A stretch of 64,000 nt of DNA. It comes from Bacilli bacterium. GTDB taxonomy: Bacteria; Bacillota_I; Bacilli_A; ML615J-28; CAG-313. Of the stretch, positions 58,899 to 64,000 are shown one piece after another. The stretch lies in contig JAGBDV010000002.1 of the NCBI GenBank assembly GCA_017937305.1, positions 68,405 through 132,404 of the forward strand. Direction: 5' to 3'. The notes beneath the pieces are model-generated. The model searched no databases. It was not told the origin of the DNA and worked only from the letters and a program-made list of their open reading frames with translations. The stretch's first letter is position 1; every line of letters starts with the position of its first letter. The position numbers were made by a program, and so were the translations under genes.

Positions 58899-60125
58899 TT
58901 AATTAAATAATTTATTTTTTTGTAAATCATCACAGATATTAATTGCTAAAGCTAATATATCACAAGATGTTTCGTCAACACCAAATGTTTCAAAACTATT
59001 TAATACAGTTGTTTCTAATAAATATTTAACTGTAATTACATCTATTTCCTTTTTATTATAAATTTGTTGTGCTAAAACTTTTGCATCATATGAAAAAATA
59101 TCAGTTGAAGCACCACCTGCTATAATATTTTCTGGATCAAATTTAACTAGATTATCAAAAATAATTTTTTTAATTTCAATAAATCTTTGAGTATTATAAC
59201 CTAATATATCATCAATAACAAATATTATATTATCTGGATTATCTATATTAGTAAAATAAATTGGTTTAGAATCATGAAATTGGATAGATATACTACCTCT
59301 TTCTGCAGATAAATAATATCTTTTTATACTATTTATTTTTTTATAGTCTAATTCAATTTTTCTCTTATTAATAAATGCAATTACAAATTGTTCTTTCTCT
59401 ATATATAATTTTGCTTTAAATTGTTTGAAATCTTTTTTTGTCCATTTAGAAAAAATGCAGTAATATCCTTCTTGTAATATGTTATTTTCATGTTCAAAAG
59501 TTTCTAACTTTTCTTTATCATTATTATTTATAAATAAAAGTTTTCTTTTCCCGTTATAATTAGTCATTAAGCTCATACATAGTCCCATAAATAATCCCCA
59601 TATGATTCCGCCAAGCATAGATAAACCAAATAATGACCAAGAATAACTAGAACCTAACCCATAAAATAGGAAAAATAATATTCCCCATAAAATTCCACCA
59701 ATTAGTGAAATAATAAATGGAATTAATTTATTAATATCTTTAGTAAGATAATAATAATTACATAAAATATATTTATCCTTTTTTCCATCATATATATTTA
59801 TATATGTTTCATTATTATTCCAATGAATAATTATATTTTCTAAATTATGTTTTGAATTATCTCTAGTAGGAATACCGTATAACTTAATGTATAAATCTTT
59901 AATTTGTTCAATATTATATATATTTTTATCAAATTGTATTTCTAAACATGAAACTTTATTATATGCAAAACTATATATAAGTGTTAAGTTTTTCAAGTTA
60001 TCTATTGAAATGTTATCAATTATAAGTTGATGTTTTTTAAACTTCCAATTAATATTTTCTTTTTTAAACATTTTAATTAATGTTTTTTTAGATTTATGTC
60101 CTAATTCTGTTAATTTTTTTATCAT
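58899..60125 (-). CDS. Hypothetical multidomain membrane protein with a DUF1871-like C-terminus
   Basis: Central TM pair, a PH-like region and FDP..I..GA..D.F..DA..LA at the C-terminus. Confidence 0.55.
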   Translation of the reverse strand: MIKKLTELGHKSKKTLIKMFKKENINWKFKKHQLIIDNISIDNLKNLTLIYSFAYNKVSCLEIQFDKNIYNIEQIKDLYIKLYGIPTRDNSKHNLENIIIHWNNNETYINIYDGKKDKYILCNYYYLTKDINKLIPFIISLIGGILWGILFFLFYGLGSSYSWSLFGLSMLGGIIWGLFMGLCMSLMTNYNGKRKLLFINNNDKEKLETFEHENNILQEGYYCIFSKWTKKDFKQFKAKLYIEKEQFVIAFINKRKIELDYKKINSIKRYYLSAERGSISIQFHDSKPIYFTNIDNPDNIIFVIDDILGYNTQRFIEIKKIIFDNLVKFDPENIIAGGASTDIFSYDAKVLAQQIYNKKEIDVITVKYLLETTVLNSFETFGVDETSCDILALAINICDDLQKNKLFN

Positions 60126-60175
60126 AAGTTAATCTCCAAATGAATAATAATATTAAGTATTCATAAATAATTCTA

Positions 60176-60742
60176 TTAATAAAAGCCTCGGCTACTATAT
60201 CTTTTCTTAATCTTAATATTTCTTTGTTTCAAAAGTTTTAAAATATGTTTTTTTACCTCATCACAATTATCTAATAACTATGAAATATGTTCTTCACTAT
60301 TTTCTGTAATAAATATAAAATTAAAGCTAAAGTTTGCCGGATAGTAAAACACTTTACTTACTTTATCTAAATCAATTATAGTTTCTTCGTCTTTTTTATA
60401 AAAATAAATTAGTTTATCATTTATTATTTTAATTGCTATATCAGGTTGTTTTAATTCATTAATAAATCCAAAAATGAACATAAAACCAGCAATTGAAAGA
60501 CCAATAGTTGCTATTAAAGCTTTTTCTTTATTAAATATCCAAGCAAAAGGAATTGTTAATATTATAAGTATACCTATAGTTAAAAATATATATGGTTGTT
60601 TTTTAGAAGTATATCCTATAAGTGTTACTTTATCTGTAACAGGTTCTTTTGGTTCTTTAAATGAAAAACCACAATCACATACTTCTATTTCTAAATTTTG
60701 TTTTTTTCTACAATTTGGGCAATATTTTATTTGTTCCATCAT
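60176..60742 (-). pseudogene. Zinc-ribbon 2-TM protein interrupted by an in-frame TAG at 60278-60280
   Basis: The frame stays open 33 codons past the TAG (LLDNCDEVKKHILKLL...), resembling the C-terminus of 52778-53239. Confidence 0.55.
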
Positions 60743-60832
60743 TAATACCTCTAATTATATATATTATAGTAAATATATTTTAATATGTCAACATTTTAAA
60801 AAGATACTCTTTTTTAAGGAGTATCTTTAGTT

Positions 60833-63800
60833 TTATTTTTTTGTTACTTCTATTTCTGAAACAGGTTCTTCTACATATTTATATTCAAGAACAATATAAT
60901 ATGTACCTTCTTTTAAGTATACTTCCTTGTCTGACCAAGGTATGATTTGAATAACCATTCTTTTATCTTGATTATAAATATATATATTAAGATAATTAGC
61001 ATCAAATTTATAATATGATGTTTCTGTGACTGTAAATTTTAAGAATTCAAAGTCTTTTTCAAAATCTTGTTTAACTTCTTTTACTTCATCTAATTTTAAT
61101 TCGTTCATATTTAAGAAATCTTGCGGATTATCTCTATTTACATTTTTAATTCCTATTGGTATAGGCTTTTTATACATTCCACTTGGATCAGCATCAATAC
61201 CAGGGATTGTAAAATAATATCTACCTGGTTCTAAATCTACATATAAAAGTCTTGCAACATAAGACCAATTACCATTTGGAACTAGTACTTGTATATTATC
61301 AAATTCATCAAATATTTGAACTTCTAGTGATTGATACATTATTGTTGTTTTTTCTTCTAATGTAAAATAGTATTTTAAAGTTTGAGTACTTAACACTTTA
61401 TCACTATATATATATGAATATTTATAATCGTTTAATGTATCGTCTAATTCTTTTAACTCTACCTCATAAGTTTGATCTAATGCTGAATGGAATGTATATT
61501 TTACTTTAGCATAAAGTAATACACTTTCTGAATAGCTACATTCAATTAGATATTCGCCTGGTTCTAAAATTTCATTATATATTCTATTACCTTGTGTATC
61601 ATATATAAATTGGGTGAATCCATATTTTAAAACTTCGTTTGTAAAGTAGTCTAAATATTGAAATCTTACTGAACCTTTTTCTTTGACTACTAACTTCATA
61701 TACATTTTAGGTAGGGTTAAACCTGCCATATAGTAAAGATCTGTATATTCTAAAGAAAGTATTGGTAAATTAGACGAATTCTTATCTGTTACATTATTGT
61801 TTTCTAATTCTTTTACAATAAATTTATATTCTATATTGTCATCAGGATTTAAATAAGAATTTTCTACAATCATTATTTCAAAATTACCAGGAAGTGCAGA
61901 AAAAGATATTTTGTCTCCCGGATTAAAATTAATCATATTAGGATTAGATGTAGGGTATTCTTTTAAAATAACCCTATAATACTGATCAGATGTATTTTCA
62001 ATATAATATATTTTTAATTCGCTTGATGTATTTTCTATCTTATAATATTCAAAATCATGATGGCCTTCTAATGTACCTTGATATGTAATATCCTTTGTAG
62101 TATCAATAACTGTTGGATTATTTTTATCTCCAATTGAATTATAATCATATTTTTGATGAATTACCATTCCACTTTCTGAACTATAGCTTCTTACACCTAT
62201 AAAATACCATCCATCTTCTTTGATTATATAATTTCTCGAAAAATCATCTAGCCATTTACCATATTCAACAACATTAGCATCAACTTTCTTTCCGAATTTA
62301 TCAAAAACTTTAACTTCTAAACGACTTCCAAATAAATTTACATCACTAAAACTATATAAACCTTTTTCCATATATGAATAATAATATATATCACTATGTG
62401 CATCTATATGAAATTCACTTGGAATAGGAGCTTCAATTGTATTATCACTTATTGTAAAATCAATAATATTTAACTTAATATTATAGTCATATCCAGCACT
62501 ATCTTCACTTAAATCAAATCTTTCACAAATAAATAGTTCATTTAAACCAGTTTGTAAAGTAATATAATTTGCTTGATTAGGTTTAATAGTTATAAATTTA
62601 ATTTTATTTATATCTATAAGTAATTTATTTTTGTCATAAATTTTACAAATCAATAAATCTTGTTTACCTAAATTTTCTATTCTTACTGATTTATCAGCAG
62701 AATCATTATTTATATATACTAATTTTTCAACATCATATTTTCCTTCAATAGTACCTTCTAAATCAATTGGATTAGATATATCTATACCTTCAGTTGTTAC
62801 GGTTGTATCATATTCATGATTTGATAAAGTAAATTTTGTTGTATCATGATTTCTATTTGTAGCAATTACATAATAAATCCCATCTTCTTCAATTGGTAAA
62901 AGGGAGTTAATAGGTATATATGTAGATGAATCTATATTACCTAAGGATTCAGTTATTAAATTATAGTTTTCATCATATAATTCTAATTTTATTCCTCTTT
63001 CATTTGAAACAAGCATTCCTTTTTTAGCATCAATTCTTAAATAAGCTTGTTTATATGCATCAAGTTTTAATACTTCTTTATAATCATATGTTTTATAAAC
63101 TTCTTCAAAACAGTCAGGTGCAGTAAATTTATAATCTCCACTTAACATATTCTTTGGAGTAAATTTCATTATATCTATTTCAACTATCAATTTTAAATTA
63201 ATTGGTTCAGATAATTTCTCATATTCAACAACAACTTCTAAAGCCATTGTCACTTTTTCTTCTTTTATTGTATATGTAATAGTTAAATCTGAATTGAATA
63301 AAATATCAATAGGTACGTTTGATGTTTCATAAATATCTTCTAGTATTTCTTTACTTTCTTTATTTAGTGCATCTTTATATTTACACTTAAGTGTATAAAC
63401 ATTATCATTTACTGTTACATTTATTTTTTGACTATTAAATTCAGTAATATAGTAATCACCACTATTTTGGATATCATTGTTTGTTTCATCATTTACAAAA
63501 TCAGATACATAACAATAAAAATCTCTGTCATAGTTTTGTGTATTAATTTTCGTATACTTAAATATTTTATCATCTTCTTGTGTATATATCTCTTTTTCAT
63601 TACCTGTAGTAATTTCTATATATGCAGGTTTTTTTGCAAGACTAATTAGTGAAGATACTCGTTCATTATTAACTTCTACACTTAAGTCTATACTTAAATA
63701 ATCACTAGTTTCTATTTTAGAATTAAATTCATTTACTTTTGTAGTTAATTCATCAAATAGCTGTTGATTTACAACTGGATCGCCATTAGAAAAATTACAG

Positions 63801-63853
63801 CCAGTTAATGTAAATAAAAATAACCCAACAAAAATCCAAAATATTTTTTTCAT
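60833..63853 (-). CDS. Large lipoprotein with repeated beta-sandwich (pre-peptidase-C-terminal-like) modules
   Basis: Lipobox TLTGC; recurring D.E...F....(LY/IY)D.......L..G.YY(I/F) motifs. Confidence 0.65.
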   Translation of the reverse strand: MKKIFWIFVGLFLFTLTGCNFSNGDPVVNQQLFDELTTKVNEFNSKIETSDYLSIDLSVEVNNERVSSLISLAKKPAYIEITTGNEKEIYTQEDDKIFKYTKINTQNYDRDFYCYVSDFVNDETNNDIQNSGDYYITEFNSQKINVTVNDNVYTLKCKYKDALNKESKEILEDIYETSNVPIDILFNSDLTITYTIKEEKVTMALEVVVEYEKLSEPINLKLIVEIDIMKFTPKNMLSGDYKFTAPDCFEEVYKTYDYKEVLKLDAYKQAYLRIDAKKGMLVSNERGIKLELYDENYNLITESLGNIDSSTYIPINSLLPIEEDGIYYVIATNRNHDTTKFTLSNHEYDTTVTTEGIDISNPIDLEGTIEGKYDVEKLVYINNDSADKSVRIENLGKQDLLICKIYDKNKLLIDINKIKFITIKPNQANYITLQTGLNELFICERFDLSEDSAGYDYNIKLNIIDFTISDNTIEAPIPSEFHIDAHSDIYYYSYMEKGLYSFSDVNLFGSRLEVKVFDKFGKKVDANVVEYGKWLDDFSRNYIIKEDGWYFIGVRSYSSESGMVIHQKYDYNSIGDKNNPTVIDTTKDITYQGTLEGHHDFEYYKIENTSSELKIYYIENTSDQYYRVILKEYPTSNPNMINFNPGDKISFSALPGNFEIMIVENSYLNPDDNIEYKFIVKELENNNVTDKNSSNLPILSLEYTDLYYMAGLTLPKMYMKLVVKEKGSVRFQYLDYFTNEVLKYGFTQFIYDTQGNRIYNEILEPGEYLIECSYSESVLLYAKVKYTFHSALDQTYEVELKELDDTLNDYKYSYIYSDKVLSTQTLKYYFTLEEKTTIMYQSLEVQIFDEFDNIQVLVPNGNWSYVARLLYVDLEPGRYYFTIPGIDADPSGMYKKPIPIGIKNVNRDNPQDFLNMNELKLDEVKEVKQDFEKDFEFLKFTVTETSYYKFDANYLNIYIYNQDKRMVIQIIPWSDKEVYLKEGTYYIVLEYKYVEEPVSEIEVTKK

Positions 63854-63954
63854 TTATATATACCTTCCTTATTAATTACATATTTCTTAATAATAATATA
63901 GCATAAAAAATAATTCTTATCAATATTTAATAATTAAATATATATATATTTAAA

Positions 63955-63984
63955 AAAATCTCGTTATTACTAACGAGATTTTTA
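63955..63984. terminator. Intrinsic terminator
   Basis: AAAAATCTCGTTA/TAACGAGATTTTT. Confidence 0.8.
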
Positions 63985-64000
63985 TCTTATATTTATTCAA

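Noticed and set aside
56747-60742. Integron cassette array
   Set aside because: Most gaps are too short for attC sites, no recurring GTTRRRY-bounded palindromes were seen, and there is no intI in the window.
1196-63649. Many short ORFs nested in or antisense to long genes (e.g. 1196-1438, 5619-5981, 27532-27963, 41965-42333)
   Set aside because: Shadow or alternative-frame ORFs lying largely or wholly within well-supported genes, with no recognisable motifs.
1-64000. Mycoplasma-type UGA=Trp or general TAG recoding
   Set aside because: Long Trp-rich genes are open under the standard code using TGG, and TAG and TGA end ordinary genes (e.g. 151, 6357, 39415).

Overview
Low-GC bacterial chromosomal window read with the standard genetic code (Trp = TGG). 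Gene content and lipoprotein style suggest an anaerobic Bacillota/Mollicutes lineage, possibly Acholeplasmatales/Anaeroplasma-like; this is an inference, as no rRNA is present. Housekeeping and metabolic genes include gap, serS, hpt, an RluA-family synthase, an M18 aminopeptidase, a trimeric HydABC-type [FeFe]-hydrogenase, ABC/MATE/MFS transporters, a cobalamin riboswitch with DUF4430 + ECF S-component genes, lipid-scavenging genes and a HepT/MntA-type toxin-antitoxin pair. The standout feature is a family of four paralogous zinc N-acetylmuramoyl-L-alanine amidases (Amidase_2). Three are large surface lipoproteins (970, 1394 and 2065 aa) built from Ig-like and InlB-B repeats, one with two beta-helix domains; the fourth is a signal-less stand-alone copy. 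All four carry the same unusual 83-124 aa insertion in the catalytic domain, and they share promoter/leader motifs in pairs. This is a candidate contact-dependent bacteriolytic arsenal. The right part of the window shows several deletion scars: a MATE gene head, an orphan truncated B12 riboswitch, a chimeric mini-ORF and a nonsense-interrupted gene beside an AT-rich array of hypothetical genes. No CRISPR array, tRNA/rRNA, transposase, integrase or phage structural gene was seen.
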